Positions 22,439 through 38,539 of a stretch of DNA of 64,000 nucleotides are shown here, one piece after another; the first letter of the stretch is position 1; each line of letters opens with the position of its first letter. Source of the DNA: Neocallimastix sp. 'constans' (taxonomy: Eukaryota); contig JBODTK010000115.1 in the NCBI GenBank assembly GCA_050613775.1, positions 62,001 through 126,000 on the forward strand. Direction: 5' to 3'. A model generated the notes under the pieces. That model was not told where the DNA came from. It did no database searches and worked only from the letters and a program-made list of their open reading frames with translations. The position numbers were made by a program, and so were the translations under genes.

Positions 22439-23639
22439 CTATGGATTATCCTCTTGATGATCATCGTAATTATCATCTTCAACGACATTTGGTTTTATCA
22501 TAACATAATTCTTTGGGAACCATCCGCTAAGTCCATTGATTTTACCATAATAATATTTATCATCTTTTTCTTGATAGATTTCTATGGTATCGTTTTCCTT
22601 AAATTTAAGGTTCTGTTTCAATTTGCTATCATTGGAAGGATTAAACGACTGTATTGCTATCCCAACATACAAAGGAGAATTGTATTCCTTAAGTTCATTA
22701 TTTGTATTAGATGAATTTTCACCTTCAAATAACCTTTCGATAGATGCTATTGAGCGTATAATAAAATTAAATAAGATTAGATAAAATATGATAAAAAAAT
22801 AAAAAAAAAAAAAAGAAAAAAAAAAAAAGATTCATAATATAGAAAGAATTTTTTTTTTTATACAATTGATATATAAAACCAAAAAAAAAAATAGTGTTAA
22901 TTATTTAATGAAATAATTTATATAAAAAAACATATTTATTATGATTTATAATAAATTCAAACAATAAAAAAAAAAAAAAAATTTTTTTATAATTTTTATT
23001 ATTTTCATTTTAATTTTTTTTTTTTTTTTTTTTATTTTCATTTTATTTTAATTGTTTTATATATACGAAATATATATATTAATATTTAAAATGTTACCAT
23101 ATACTTTCTTCTTTTTATTTTTGTGAGTAAGAAAACCTTTCAATGTATGCATATTACTTTTGGACATAATATCGGCTCGTGAATAAGAGGAATGGTCAAT
23201 TGATGGCTTCTTAATATCATAAGATGTATAACCTGTATTTTTGATATTGGACATTCCCGAAAAGTATTTTCTGTGATTCGTTTTATGAGAATTGTTTTCA
23301 CTGATAGTCATCATACTATTTAATTTAACATTATGTTCATTAACCTGTTCACTGAACATTAGAGAACTAAATATTTCATGAATTAAATTCTTATTTATGT
23401 TAGGTAAGGAATAAGTGGATTTCAAATTTCTTCTCTCTTGAGTTTGATCGCTATCATCTTTCTTTTCTAAGATTTCATTTAATTTTGAACAGGAATGTGA
23501 TTTTATACTCAAGTCAAGATGGACCTTTTCTTCCGATATTAATTCTAAACTTGATCCTTTTTATTCAATATGAAAAAAATAATAATAATAATAATAATAT
23601 AATAATAAATAATAATAAATAATAATATAAATAATAACA

Positions 23640-23672
<33 letters not shown>

Positions 23673-23758
23673 TAATAATAATAATAATAATAATATAATA
23701 ATAATAATAATAATAATATAATAATAAATAATAATATATAATAATATAAATAATAACA

Positions 23759-23794
<36 letters not shown>

Positions 23795-25077
23795 TTAATA
23801 ATAATAATAATATAATAATAATAATAATATAATAATAATAATAATAATAATATAATAATAATAATATAATAATAATAATAATAATATAATAATAATAATA
23901 ATAATATAATAATAATAATAATATAATAATAATAATAGTAATAATAATATAATAATAATAATAATATTAATAATAGAAAAAATTAATGAACTATGCATTA
24001 TTTATAATATATACATATATATTAATGTGTGTTGTAAAAAATATTATAATATATTAAATAACAATATCTCTCTTGATATTCATAAAATTTTATTTCTTAC
24101 CATTCATTATCTTTGTTTCTGTATTCGTTACTATATCATTACAAACCTCTTGAGAGGTAACCGTTTCGAGAGCATCGCTTTTTATCTCGGCTTCCCTTTC
24201 TTCAACCTTTTCTTCCTTATTATCTTTATTTTCTACTTCCATTTCATTAGTTTTTTCAACATTTTCTAATAATAGTTCTGTTTTATTTTCTTCTTCTTCT
24301 TTATTATTTTCCTTTTTCTCAATTTCTTTAGTATCTATATTTTCTTCTTGATCTTGAACTTGATCTTGATTTTGATTTTGATTTTTATCACCGTTCTCCG
24401 CTTCTTTTTCTTTTTCTTCTAATTTCTCTTCTTCTTCTTCTTCCTTTTCTTTTCCTTCTTCCTTTTCTTTATCTTCTAATTTATCTTCTAGTTTCTCTTC
24501 TTTTTCTTTATTTTCTTTTTCCTCTTCATTTTCTTTATCTTCTAATTTATCTTCTAATTTATCTTCTAATTTATCTTCTAATTTATCTTCTAATTTATCT
24601 TCTAATTTATCTTCTAATTTATCTTCTAATTTATCTTCTAATTTATCTTCTAATTTGTCTTCTTCCTTTTCTTCTTCCTTTTCCTTATTTTCTAATTTCT
24701 CTTCTTCTTTTTCTTCATTTTCTTTTTCTTCTTCCTTTTCCTTATCTTCTAATTTCTCTTCTTCTTTTTCTTCATTTTCTTTTTCTTCTTCCTTTTCCTT
24801 ATCTTCTAATTTCTCTTCTTCTTCTTCTTCCTTTTCCTTACCTTCTAATTTCTCTTCTTCTTCTTTTTCTTCTTCCTTTTCTTTTTCTTCTTCCTTTTCT
24901 TTTTCTTCTTCCTTTTCTTTTTCTTCCAATTCTTCCTTTTTTTCTTTAATATCTTCAGTAACATTATACTTATCATTCTCTTGGAAATCTCCTATTCTTT
25001 CTTTTTCGTCATTTTTCATTTCTTTATTCTTCAGTTCATTTTCATAATGTTCTACCATTATCACCGGAATATTATCA

Positions 25078-25123
<46 letters not shown>

Positions 25124-28100
25124 CAGTATTACTACAATCATTTTCATTTATTTTATCATTTTCTTTTTCTTTATTTTCCTCTTTATCCACATTGATCTCA
25201 TCATGATCATCTTTTTGTTCCTGATGATTCACATTTTCTTCCTCTTTTTTTTTATTTTCATATTTACTCATTAAACTAATTTTGCTACCGACATCTTTCG
25301 TAGACCAAAATAAAAACATCGTATTTTGATATAGAATTAAAAAATAAAAAGAAAATAAAATAGAGAATACAAAATACAATATTTAGAGATAATAATATAT
25401 AAATAATTAGATATAAAAAATATATATATAACAATATTATTATTATTATTTTTTCAAAATATATCAATATTATATAATTTAAATAATAATAATAATAATA
25501 ATAATAATATAAAAATAAAATTAAATATATTAATTTATAATCATTGTTTTTATTATTATTAATGATTGTTACGAATTTCTTTATATAAATTAACTCAATA
25601 TATATATATAATTATTTTTATGTTTTTTTTTTTTTTTTTTTTTTATTTCTTTTTTACCAAAATTTTGAGAAGCCATTTTTATCAATTCAGCTTTACTTTC
25701 AGCAAGATTTTTCTTGGAAGCTGCAGGGTACATTTCTTCCTTAAAGGAGTTGAGCTCCTTTTCATTAGTATTACTGTCATTCTCAAAAAATTGCATCAAT
25801 TGAGCAATTCGATATGATCGTTTATTTCGTATGGCCAAGGAATAGTAGAGACTACTGTTACTACTACTGTAATCAGTGAAATTCAATGAACGTCGTTTCG
25901 CCATAGAGAGGGAATCCGAATTTGGAGATTGATCGAACACGTATGAGGTTGAATGTATTATATTATTATTATTTCTTTGGAAAAAGGTACTGCTAATTGT
26001 TTCAAAATTTTGTCGATTGGCCGCAAAGTTGGAACTACCAATGATATTACTATTAGAATTACCATTATTATTTTTATGGGCATTACCATTACCAATACCA
26101 CCTTTATTATGGTATGAGTTATTATTAATTGTTGAATTGGTAGTAGACGCATTGGTATTCACTAAAGAAGTAGTACTACCTATCATGGCAGCAATAGAAG
26201 CCACATTCAATCGACTTCCAGTCAGCTCTTCTTTAGATATAGCATTGGCATTACTACTATTATTAATATTGAGAAGACTTTGAGCTCGACTGTTTTGAAA
26301 ATCAAGAAATGTTTCCTTCAAATCTTCACCACGATTTTTCATCTTTTTCACCATAGAAGGTTTAAATCCTTCATCTTTATCAATATATTCATTATAAGAT
26401 GTTGCTTCTTTTTATATTCATTTATATTGATGCAATTATATAATATATGTACATATAATATATGTATATAATATAGATGAAGATATATATATGTAAATTT
26501 TATGTTATATTTAATATATATATAGGAAATATATAAATATATTTAAAATAAAAAAATATAAATATATATAAATATAAATAAAATAAGTTAACATAATAAA
26601 TGATATTTGTAAATATGTATATATATATATATATAATGATTTAAATATTAAAAAAATAATAATAATTATTATTATTATATAGAAAACAAAATTAATAAAT
26701 TTTAAAAAAAAAAAAAAAAATATTAAACAATATTATATATTTATTTATTTCACCTATGTATTATAACATGATCTATTTTTAAACAACTTTTTTTTTTTTT
26801 TTTTTTATTCTTATTTTGCCATAATTATATATAAACATACCATCATTAGTGGAAACATTAAATAATTTTGAAGGTTTATAATTAGAGTTATCTCCATCAC
26901 CACCACCACCGCCGCCGTCACCACTTTTATCATAGAGACTATCATAACTACAGTTCATGGAATTTGCATTAAAAGTATTAGTAGTAATTTTTCTTGTGGA
27001 ACCTCCTGGACCTGATCCTTTGGGAACCATAAGAGAATGAGTATTACCCTCCATAGAAATTTTACGAATCCATTCATTACGAGTGTTTTGAGTGGTAGTA
27101 TGATCAATTTCAGAAAATAGTTTATCTTTTTTCGCAGGATCCTCCTTACCACAAAAATTAAATTCCGAATGAAATCGTTTTTCCCATTCGCTTTTCATCT
27201 TAGATATGACTTTTCTATCCACTGTTTTATTTTCACTTAAAAGATCATTGAAACAACCGGAATTGATAAAATCACTCTGATTTTGATTATAATCGGTTTC
27301 ACTGATTGATAATAAACTAGTCTTTAGAGTACAGTTCTCTAAGTAATGGCCATTAGGATTAGAGGAAGTAGTAGTATTAGTGGAAGGTGATTTTGAATCA
27401 GTATTATTTAATTTAAATGGAATGGAAGGTTTAGAAGAGGAAGTAGCAGAAGTAGAAGAAGTAGAAATGTTCTTTCCCTTTGTTGATTCTGAATTCATAT
27501 TAGAATAAGAAGTGGCGACCATTTGTGATAATGATGATGATGAAATATTATTATGATTCACTGATAGTTTCGCTGTAGAGGAAGAAGTGGTAGGATTTAC
27601 AAAGAAACTACTATCCATAATAGAATTTTTTTTTTTATTATCATGATTATTATTTTTATATTTAATACGACTTAAGTAGTTGCTGTTGTTGTTGTTATTA
27701 CTGATATTGACATTAGAGGAAGAATTACAATTACTATATATATTATTGGTATTATTAGAATTATTAGAATTATTATTTAAAAATACATTTGTTCCCATTT
27801 TAAAAGATTTCGGTATGGTGAAGCTACTATATTTTGGATTGTTAGAGGAAGAGGAGCTTTTTCGTTGATAAGTACTACTGAGATTTGAATTTTTAGACAA
27901 GGTTTCATATTGGTGTTTTGCTTTAGAAACAATAGAATCAGAATTCTTTAAATTTGTATTAGCTTTATTTTTATTTTTATTGTTATTGTTATTGCCGGAA
28001 CCATCATCATCTCCTTCTCCGGTATCGCTATTGGAATGATTTAGTAATCTTTTTCCAGTTTGATCTTCAATAACCTTAGAATGTAATGTATTTTTTCTAT

Positions 28101-28701
28101 CATACTTAGAAGAGGAGGTACCACCACCACCACCACCACCTTCATCATTAATTTTATTATATATATTCAAGATATTAGCAAAAGATAAATTAGAACCGTT
28201 GTTGTTGTTGTTTTTGTTGATGCTGCTGCTTCCGTTGTTATTACTACTGTACTTATGATTAGTTAAGGAGGAGTTAGAATTGAAAGGGTTATGATTTTTA
28301 GAGAAGGAATTATTTTGAGAGATACATTTATGAAGACTGCTGTTAGAATTGGAGAGGAATTCTAAGGAGGAGCCACCACCGCTCCGACTTTTAGAATGAC
28401 CATGTTTTTTAAAGCTGTTACTATTATAACTTTTTCGAACGATTGGTATGGAACCATTTACGGAAGTATTGGAACCATTTTTAAATTCATAATTATTAAT
28501 GTTGAGAGTCGTCGTTGTCGTTGGTTTCAATCTAGCAGTACCTGTATCAGTACTGCCTCCTCCTCCTCCTCCTCTTGTACCACTGGTATTTAAACTTGGA
28601 TTTTTTTCATTATTACTATTGAAATTGGATATATCCTCATTTAATTTTTTACCAAGAGTAAAATCATTGTCCATTGTATTTTTAAAATTATATGAACTCA
28701 T
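22439..28701 (-). CDS. Large low-complexity (N/S-rich, E/K-rich) protein with C-terminal SH3 domain, 5 exons, ~1523 aa
   Basis: Exons 28701-26841, 26407-25658, 25294-24101, 23556-23098, 22746-22439, all joined by phase-1 GT-AG introns. SH3 motif AIQSF...LKFKENDTIEI...YYYGKINGLSGWFPKNYV. Confidence 0.85.
24470..24930 (-). repeat. Coding minisatellite (LEDK)n and EEKEKE repeats
   Basis: About 10 copies of TTATCTTCTAAT at ~24535-24660, plus larger E/K units within exon 3. Confidence 0.9.
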
Positions 28702-28750
28702 TTAATACTTTGATCGATAGATATATATAATAATTATTTGTTTTTGTTTG

Positions 28751-28800
<50 letters not shown>

Positions 28801-29562
28801 TTTTTAGTCTTTGGTGTAAACTATTGAACAAATAAATAATAAGAATAATAGGAATAATACGATATAATTATAGATAAAAATAAGTGATAAATAAATATGA
28901 ATATAATTTATATAATATATGTGATATAGAGTATATATATTTGAATTATATAAACATAAAAGTGGAAATTAGGTGTCTTCAAGTATAATAATCCCAATAA
29001 TTTATTACACATTATTTTTTTTTTTTTTTTTTTTTTTGGGTGGGTTTTATTATTAATTAAGTGAAGTAATAAATATATTTCTATATAATTATCATTCTAT
29101 TTTTTTTTTTTTTTTTTTTTTTTATTTTTTTATTGTTTAAATACTTCTCCACATAAATATATACATATATTAATATTGTATTATATTAGAACCAATGTCA
29201 AACTTTCTTTTTTTTTTCTCTCTTTAAATATATTCTTCCTTTTTATTTTTTTTTTATTAAAAAAAATAAATATATAAAGTTTCTTTAAAAAAAAAAAAAA
29301 AAATTATATATATATCAGATAGGTAATATTGAAATAGTAATAGTGAATGATATAATAGAATAAATTTTCTTATGATTTAAACAGTAATATATATATATAT
29401 TAATATATATTATTCTCTTCTTTAGTATTTTTTTTTTTTTTTTTTTTTGTTTTTTTTATGTTTTTTTGTCTCTAATTTTTTTTTTCTTCTTTTTTCTTTT
29501 AATCTTTTTTTTACTTATTAATTATTCAGCAATAATTATTTTAGATAGTTTTCTTTTATATT

Positions 29563-29610
<48 letters not shown>

Positions 29611-30026
29611 CTTTTGCTCTACTTTTTTTTTTTTTTTTATTGTTGATTTACAATTGTTATTTCGACTTTATTATTATTGTTATTATTCTTTATTCCAATT
29701 TTTTTTTCTTTTTTTTTTTCTTTTTTTTTTTTAATATTCCTCAACTTTATCTTTAATTATTAAACTTCTTTTTAAATTTATTTTCCTCTAACTTTTTTTT
29801 TTCACTTTACTTTCTTTTCAAATGAAAAAAATCAGTTCTTGTTATAGATTAAAAAAATTTTTTTTTATTATTATTATTGCTGTTGTTATTTGTTTTTCAC
29901 TTCTTCTTATTATTATTATTTAATATATATGTATAATAATTATTAATATAATTTTATAACATATATATATTTGTATATTATCCAAATGTAAAAATTTTTA
30001 TAAATATTGTTTTTTTTTTTTTTTTT

Positions 30027-30170
30027 TGTATGATATTAAATAACAAAAAGGAAGATAAATAAACTCATTTAATTGTATGATATTAAATACCAAAAAAGAA
30101 GATAAAAAAAACTCATTAAATTGAATGGTATTAAATAACAAAAAGGAAGATAAATAAACTCATTTAATTT
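30027..30170. repeat. ~47-bp tandem repeat x3
   Basis: TGTATGATATTAAATAACAAAAAGGAAGATAAATAAACTCATTTAAT variants. Confidence 0.8.
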
Positions 30171-30511
30171 AATATGATTTAATTATATAATTAATATTTT
30201 TTTTATTATTTTTTTTTTATTTTATCATATATATATTAATTTATAAATATATGAATTTTTTTTTTTTTAAAAAAACAAAAAAAAAATTAATAAAACATAA
30301 TTATTGTAAAATCGATATACATTAAGTAATAGAGTTTTCAATTATCAATTATTTCAATTGTATATTCTTATTCAATCTACTATTATATATGAATGATTAA
30401 GTAATTTTATATAAAAAATAAGATTATATATTGGCTAATTTTTTTTTTAAAGAAATAAAAAAAAAAAAAAATTAATTAAAAATATATTTATTATTATTAC
30501 TATTATTATTA

Positions 30512-30599
<88 letters not shown>

Positions 30600-30668
30600 G
30601 ATATAATATCTTTTAACTCGTAATTGTTCTTTTTTAATCTTTATAATTATTTACTTTTTATTAATATC

Positions 30669-30860
30669 TTTATTAATATCCAAATTTTATTAATATCAAC
30701 ATTTTATTAATAACCAAATTTTATTAATATCAACATTTTATTAATATCCAAATTTTATTAATATCCAAATTTTATTAATATCCACATTTTATTAATATCC
30801 ACATTTTATTAATATCCACATTTTATTAATATCCACATTTTATTAATATCCAAATTTTAT
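30669..30860. repeat. 17-bp minisatellite, ~11 copies
   Basis: TTTTATTAATATCCACA / TTTTATTAATATCCAAA units. Confidence 0.85.
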
Positions 30861-31132
30861 TATTTAATATTAAAGTTAAAGAATGATTTATATAAATATA
30901 AGGTAAAATAAATTAAAAATTTTAGTACTATTAATAACTATTAATTATTTTTAAAATTTAAACTTTCACAGCAAAAATAAAAAAAAATATTAAGGTAAAA
31001 TTAAATATAATTAAATTTAATAAAATAAAAAAAAAAAAAAATAGAATATTAAACAGAGATATTCATATGAATAATATATATATTTTTTAAAAAAAAAAAA
31101 AAAAAGATACTAACTCTATTTAATATCTTTTT

Positions 31133-31178
<46 letters not shown>

Positions 31179-31497
31179 GTAAAAAATAATTATAATAATT
31201 AATAATAAAAAATAAAAAGAATAAAAAAAAATTTTTTTTTAACCAAATCGTTGATCCTACATAAATATATATTTTATTAAAGATCAAATAAAAACTTCAT
31301 TTTGAGAAAAAAAGATAATAATAATAATATTATTATTTATTATTATTATTTATTATTATTATTATTTATTATTATTATTATTTATTATTATTTATTGATA
31401 TAATTAAATTTATTTTAAAACTTATATTTTTATTATTATTCTTTTATTATTATTCTTTTATTATTATTCTTTTATTATTATTCTTTTATTATTATTC

Positions 31498-31557
<60 letters not shown>

Positions 31558-32162
31558 TATTATTATTATTATTACTATTATTATTATTATTATTACTATT
31601 ATTATTATTATTACTATTATTATTATTATAATTATTATTATTATTGTTGTTGTTGTTGTTTGCTTTATTAAATTTAGATCATATACTCATTTTCCTTGTA
31701 TATCATTACTAATAGCTAAAGAGTTTACTTGTTAAAATATCAAATTTTTAGTTTCAATTAAGTATGAAGACACAAAAATTTTCTTTTTATATATACGGTT
31801 TAAGCGTGTTTTTCTGGGTTTCTTCAATTTTGCAATCTTGATCATTTTGATCATTTTGATCAGTTTTATTAATCTTACTTCAATTGACATAATGAGCAGT
31901 TTTTTTTTTTTTTTTTTATCATAATTTAAAATTCAATTTTTTTTTTTTTTTTTGATATAATGTTGATTTCAGTCAACATTTCTTTTTGCTAATAATCTTT
32001 TTTTAGAGATAGATGAGACTCTTAATCTGTTAAGAGTCAGGAATTTATAGTTTATAATTATGGTAATTTTATATAATATATTTTATAATAAAGAGTTACT
32101 ATAACTTAATTATTTTAAATTAAATGCTTTTATATTAGTACATTGTGATATTATTATTATTA

Positions 32163-32208
<46 letters not shown>

Positions 32209-32212
32209 TTTA

Positions 32213-32332
<120 letters not shown>

Positions 32333-32573
32333 TGCAGTTATGTGTTACATTACGAGGTTACAATTTACTACAATATTAAGCGTAAAATATTTTTATTTGA
32401 TAGAATCATGCAGCGTTAACGTTAAACTTACCAATAATGTTAGACTATTAAAGAAAAATAATTATAAATAAATAATAAAATGAATAAAAAAAAATAATTA
32501 ATTAAATAAATGAATAGATAAACACATAATAAAATATAAGTATCATTTCTAATTTTAAATATTATATTTAAGA

Positions 32574-33669
32574 GATTAAGAGTCTCGCTAACTTAGTAAC
32601 TCATTTTAACAGTTGTTATTATCAAAATTCATTATATAAAATATTAAATATTCATTAAATATTAAAATAAAAGAAATATTTGCGGCCAAATTAAAATGAA
32701 TAAATCAAAAAGTTCAATAACTACTGGAAGTCCTTCAAAAACTTCAACAAATGCATTAGGCACAACGATGAATAATGTTCCTGCAAGAAGTTGAACCTCC
32801 AACTATTAAAACAAATATAATTAGTAAATTTCATATTCAACATTTTAAAATTACATATGAAAACTTTCACAAATTGGTATTCAGATTTGGAATTATTCCT
32901 TAATTATGAAGAATTAGGTGAATATATATATATCAAAGAATATTAAAGATATAAGCACCAATAAAAAAAAAACCCATAAAATAGGATTGTATCTTATGGA
33001 TTATAATATTAAACAGTATCGATGAATATACAAAAAGTTTATTGAATAATTGCATAAGTGCATACTTTAATGATAAGTGAATTAAAAGAAAGATTTTCAA
33101 AAAGAGATCCATCCAAACTATTTGAAATTAAAATGAAAATAAAAAAAATTAGAAATTGAAAACGATCCAAAGAATAACTATAGAGGAGAAAAGAATAATA
33201 ATAATAATAAATCAAGAAATACAAATTACACAAAAAAATAAAAATAAAAAAAAAAAAGCATCTTTAAGTAGAAAAAGTTGTAAAAGAAATTTCAAATCTT
33301 ATAAAACGTTATTCAGATTCAAATTCAGATTCAGATTTAGGTCTGATAACAATTTTTAAAATTATAATAATTCTAATTTTTTTTTTAAAAAAATTATCTC
33401 AAATATAATGGTATTACATTTAATCATTCTACACCAAAGTAATCCCCCAACAAAATAGTTTCCCTCTGAAAGAATTAATCATACCTTTAGATAACTGCCT
33501 GAAAGCATTTTACTCAGTGCTTGCTAAATTATCTTCTAATAATAGTTATTATTATTAGGGTATTCTTCTAACTCTCCTAGCTATCGTGTCCTCGACCTTA
33601 CTTCACATTCAAAAATTATCAATTACGATGCATTCTTCAATGAAAAGTTCATTGGGCTCACTTGACACA

Positions 33670-33702
<33 letters not shown>

Positions 33703-33901
33703 ATTAAAAATGTGAAAATAAAAAAAAAAAAATTTTTTTATAAATTTTAAATTTTAAGAAATCGAAATTAAAAAAAAAAAAAAATCAAACCTTAATAATT
33801 ATAAAATTTTATCTAAATCAAACAACCGTAACAATTATAGAATTTTATCAAAATCAAAAAACCTTAACAATTATAAAAATGAAAAACCAGAAATTTAAAT
33901 G

Positions 33902-33938
<37 letters not shown>

Positions 33939-34092
33939 ATAAAAATCTGGCGAAAAAAAAACGAAAGGATGAACAATTAAATTTAGGAAATAATGAAAAT
34001 TATTATGAAAAATATATTAAAATTAAAAGACTATAATTCTGAAAATGAATCTAAAGACAACTATAGTGATCTTGAAACTTTAGATAAAAGAA

Positions 34093-34139
<47 letters not shown>

Positions 34140-34330
34140 AAAGAAAAGGATATAAAGTTTAATATTAAATTAATAATAAAACTATCGATAAACAAATAAA
34201 AAAAAAAGTCAAAAAAGAAAAAAAAAAAAAGAAAAATTTTAAGACAAATCGATATTAAAACTACATACTTGAATGCTAATCTAGATGGAAAAAATATATA
34301 TATATATATTCAAATTCCAATTGGTGATAA
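32574..34330 (+). mobile_element. Highly decayed Ty1/copia remnant
   Basis: PBS-like GATTAAGAGTCTC at 32574, gag-like YENFTNWYSDLELFLNYEELGEY (~32855-32925), LLGYSSNSPSYRVLD (~33552-33597) and RT-like QIDIKTTYLNANLD (~34245-34287). Confidence 0.75.
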
Positions 34331-35183
34331 AAAAAAAAAAAAAAAAAAAAGCTTCGATTGCAGAAAAACTAGTTATTATTATTATTATTATGTATATTAC
34401 ATATCTGTTAATAGATCATTTAATATTTGCTTATTCATTCATTTATATATTCATTTATATATTTATTTATTTATTTATTTAAATTAATTTACCTTTTGTA
34501 TATAAACATAATCATAAATTTTCTTATATAGAAAGATAGGAATATGAAAAAATAAAAAAAATTTAAAAAAAATAAAATCTAATTTTATTTTAAAGATTTA
34601 ATTAACGTGGTTTTAACGTGGTTTACAAATTTTCATGAAATTTTTTTTTTTTTTATTTTTATTTAAATTTTTTTTTATTTATTTTTTTTTTTTTTTTCTA
34701 TTTTATTTTCTAAAATAATGAAAGTCAATGTGTTGATATTAAATTATATTTCTATTAAATTTTTCTTTTTTTTTTTTTTTTTTTTTTTTCATAAATAAAA
34801 ATTATTAATTTATGTATATATATTTAGTGTTCATTATTGATTGTAAAAAAATGTTTTTTCACTTTTTTTTTTTTTTTTTTTATTTTTTTATTTTTAATAT
34901 TATTTATTATTCTTTATTAATAATAAAACTAAAAATAAAATAAATAAATAAATAAATAAATAAAAAAAAAAAAAAGTATTATAAATTTAAAACATTTTTT
35001 ACATAATATTTTTTTACACTATACTTTTTTTTTTTTTAAAAAAAAAAAATAATAATAATAATAATAATAATAATATAAATGTTTCGTTTTTACATTAATA
35101 TTAATATATATACATTTATATTTTATAGGTATATATATCTATTATATTTTTATTTTTATTTTTATCCTTTTTAAATAATGAAA

Positions 35184-36190
35184 TTAACATTCTGAAGCCC
35201 ATTCGTTCTCTCTCTTAATTTGTTCTTCTTCTTCTGGAGTGAAATCATTTTCAATATTAAAGGTAGCTCTAATTTCTTCTGGCTTCTTACCTCTAATCAT
35301 ATTGGCAATATGTTTACAAGTTAAATTTAAAAGTGGCTTGATATCCATGTAGTTAGCAGCAAGGGTAATATCAAATAAAACTTCATTAGTTTCGATACTC
35401 TAATGTTTATTTTTTTTATTTACATTTTTTTTTTATATAATTAATAAAATTGGAAGTTTTATAAAAAAAAATATATTATAATTTATTTTTTTTTAAAAAA
35501 ATAAAATATATATATATATATAATGTTATATATATATATATATATTGATATAAAACATTGAATTATTTTTATAATATTATCAATGTAATTTATAAATGTT
35601 ATATAATTTTGACAATTTAATATTAGTATGATAAGTTGTTATCACAAAATATATATCAAGGTTATAATAAATTTGAAAATTTATTATGAAAATAATAATA
35701 ATATTAATAATAATAATAATAAAATTATTTAGTATTAAGAAAAAAAAAAAATTCAATTATAGTTATTAAATTTTACTTTTAAAATAAAAAAAATATTATA
35801 TTTTAAAATATATCATATTTACTTCTAAAAATTTCATATCCCAGTTACCGATTCCAGTATTACTTCTTGAGATATCATCTAATTCTTCATCAACTTCAGC
35901 TGGATCATTACGATGATATTCACAATATTCAATAACCTTTGAATTGTAAAATACAATAATATAAAAAATTTTTATTATTAAATTAATAAATATAAATATG
36001 AATATTATTGTTAAAATAAATATAATAAAAGTAAAATATAATATAATATAAAATAATATAATAAAAAATAATAAAATAAAATAAAGAAGAATAATTTTAA
36101 TTAGCAATAATACTTATATATATAAAGTAACATTGATAATATTTAATTAATATCTAAAATCATATTTTTAATAAGTATATATATATATAA

Positions 36191-36235
<45 letters not shown>

Positions 36236-36397
36236 TTTTACCTTTTTTAAAATATCACCAGAAACATTTGGAAGTGGAATAGCATTGTCAGATTCACCAA
36301 CATCTTCTAACATATTATGAAGAAGAGTAGACTTTTCGGCAATTTCCTTATCAATAGTGAAAATTTGGTTATCAGAGCTAGATAAAGTAACAGACAT
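35184..36397 (-). CDS. SKP1: Skp1, SCF ubiquitin-ligase adaptor (canonical intron-containing copy, 161 aa)
   Basis: Exons 36397-36242, 35936-35823, 35399-35184. Translation MSVTLSSSD...[21 protein letters not shown]...WDMKFLE|...[17 protein letters not shown]...[36 protein letters not shown]. Confidence 0.97.
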
Positions 36398-36428
36398 TTT
36401 GATATATATAAATTTATTTATTTCTTTT

Positions 36429-36473
<45 letters not shown>

Positions 36474-38539
36474 GAAGGTATATAATAAAAGTATTTATAT
36501 ATAATATTTATAATTATATATAATATATAATATATATAGATTGTTATTATTTGTTATTATTATTTTTCTTATTAATTATATATAAAGAAAAAAAAATAAA
36601 ATAAAATAAAATCATTAAATTATATTATCAACAATGATAGTGAATTTTTATAATTTTCTTTTTTTTTTTTTTTTTTTTATTATTATTTCATATATATATT
36701 TATAGTATAATAAATTTAATGGCAATATTGTGTTTTATATCGTATATCAATTAATATATATATATTGAACATATTTATATATATATATTATATAAATAAA
36801 TTTAATATTTCAATGGTTTGATTTCATTTTCTTTTTTTTCTTTGTATTTTTTGTAAACAAAAATAAATATTAAATATTTTTCATAATAGAATAAATAGTA
36901 AATTCCAAAAACAATTTTATTATTTTTTCTATTTAATAATATATATTGATATAAACATTTATCAGTAATTTAAATAGTTTATTTTATTTTATTTTTTTTT
37001 TAATAAAATTAATAGTTTATAAAAACAATTGATTGTCATCCATCTAAGTATCTTTCTTTTTTTGTTTTAATAGTAATATAAAAATTTAATAAATAATAAA
37101 TTGTTTATTTTTTTTTTTTTTTTATAAAATTAATAGTTTATAAAAACAATTGATTGTCATCCATCTAAGTATTGTTCTTTTCTTGTTTTAATAGTAATAT
37201 AAAAAGTTTAATATATAATAGGGATATTTATATTATATATATAGATATATAGATATGCATGTATATATAATAATTCTATATTATATAATATTTTTTTTTC
37301 TTATAAAATTTATTTATTATTTCAAAGAAAGAATTATTTTAATTTATTGGATAATAAATGGTAAATGGTTTGTTTGATTAATTATTAAAAATAAACATGC
37401 TCTCTTTGTATTAATGTTTAAAGAAAAAGTACTCTTTTTTAATTATTTAAATTAAAATAATTGTAAATAACCTTTTTAATAATATAATAAAAAAATTTTA
37501 TTTATATTTTATTGCATAATAATAATTTTTAATGATATTTATGGTGAACTAAATTTATAAGTAATGATTTTCGGTTTGATTTTAAAATTTTCCCTTCTTT
37601 TATTATTTTTTTATATTGATTACTGACAGAACTTTTTTTTTCTTTAAAGTTTGTAATATTTTTTAAAATATTATTTTTACTTACAATAATCTAATTAAAT
37701 AAAAAACTAACTATAAATATTTTATACTTTATTGATTTTCTATTTTTTATTAATTTATAAATTAGGGATTTTAAAAAATAAAAAAAGTTTAAATATTTTT
37801 CTTTTAATTTTTTTTTAAAAAAAAATAATAAATATAAAAAATAATAAATATAAAAAATAACTATAATATATAACAAATATAGATATAATAAAACTAATAT
37901 TAGATATAAATTAATAATAAATCGTAAATAATAAATAATATAAATAAGAATATTAATAATTCAATAATAATATAAATAATAATTAAATAATTAAATAATA
38001 AATAATATTAATAATTAAATAATAAATAATTAAATAATATAAATAATATAAATAATAAATTAATAATTGAATAATAATATAAAATAATAATATAAATTAT
38101 AAATATTAATAAAAAATTTACGATATTGAAAAAAAATAAAAAAAAAAAAAAATATGAAGTATTTAATATACTTTTAATTCTATTTAGTATATATTATATT
38201 TGTATTCTATTATATATTATTGAAAAAAGTCTTTATAACTTTTAAATTAATAATAATTTGTTAAATATATTATAATCAATTGGGAGAGGTCCAAAACGCC
38301 AATTTTTTTCACGTGATATATCAAATTTTGAGGCTTTTTAAATTAATAGTTATATGATACTATTTTGTTGTATTATTAATTTGTAATTTTTTTCTTAAAA
38401 TTTATTAAGTGAATAATTAAATAAATTATAATGGTTAGATAAAAATAAATATTTTTTTACAAAAAAAAAAAATAAAATAAAATATTCAAACAATTAAAAG
38501 GTTTAATATATTCAAACAATTAAAAGGTTTATTTTAAAA

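Noticed and set aside
24655..28705. Plus-strand ORFs overlapping the SH3 gene
   Set aside because: Antisense frames of low-complexity coding sequence.
35230..35250. FTPEEE proline as an oxygen-sensing hydroxylation site as in Dictyostelium Skp1
   Set aside because: The motif is common in Skp1s that are not modified, and no modifying enzyme is visible here.
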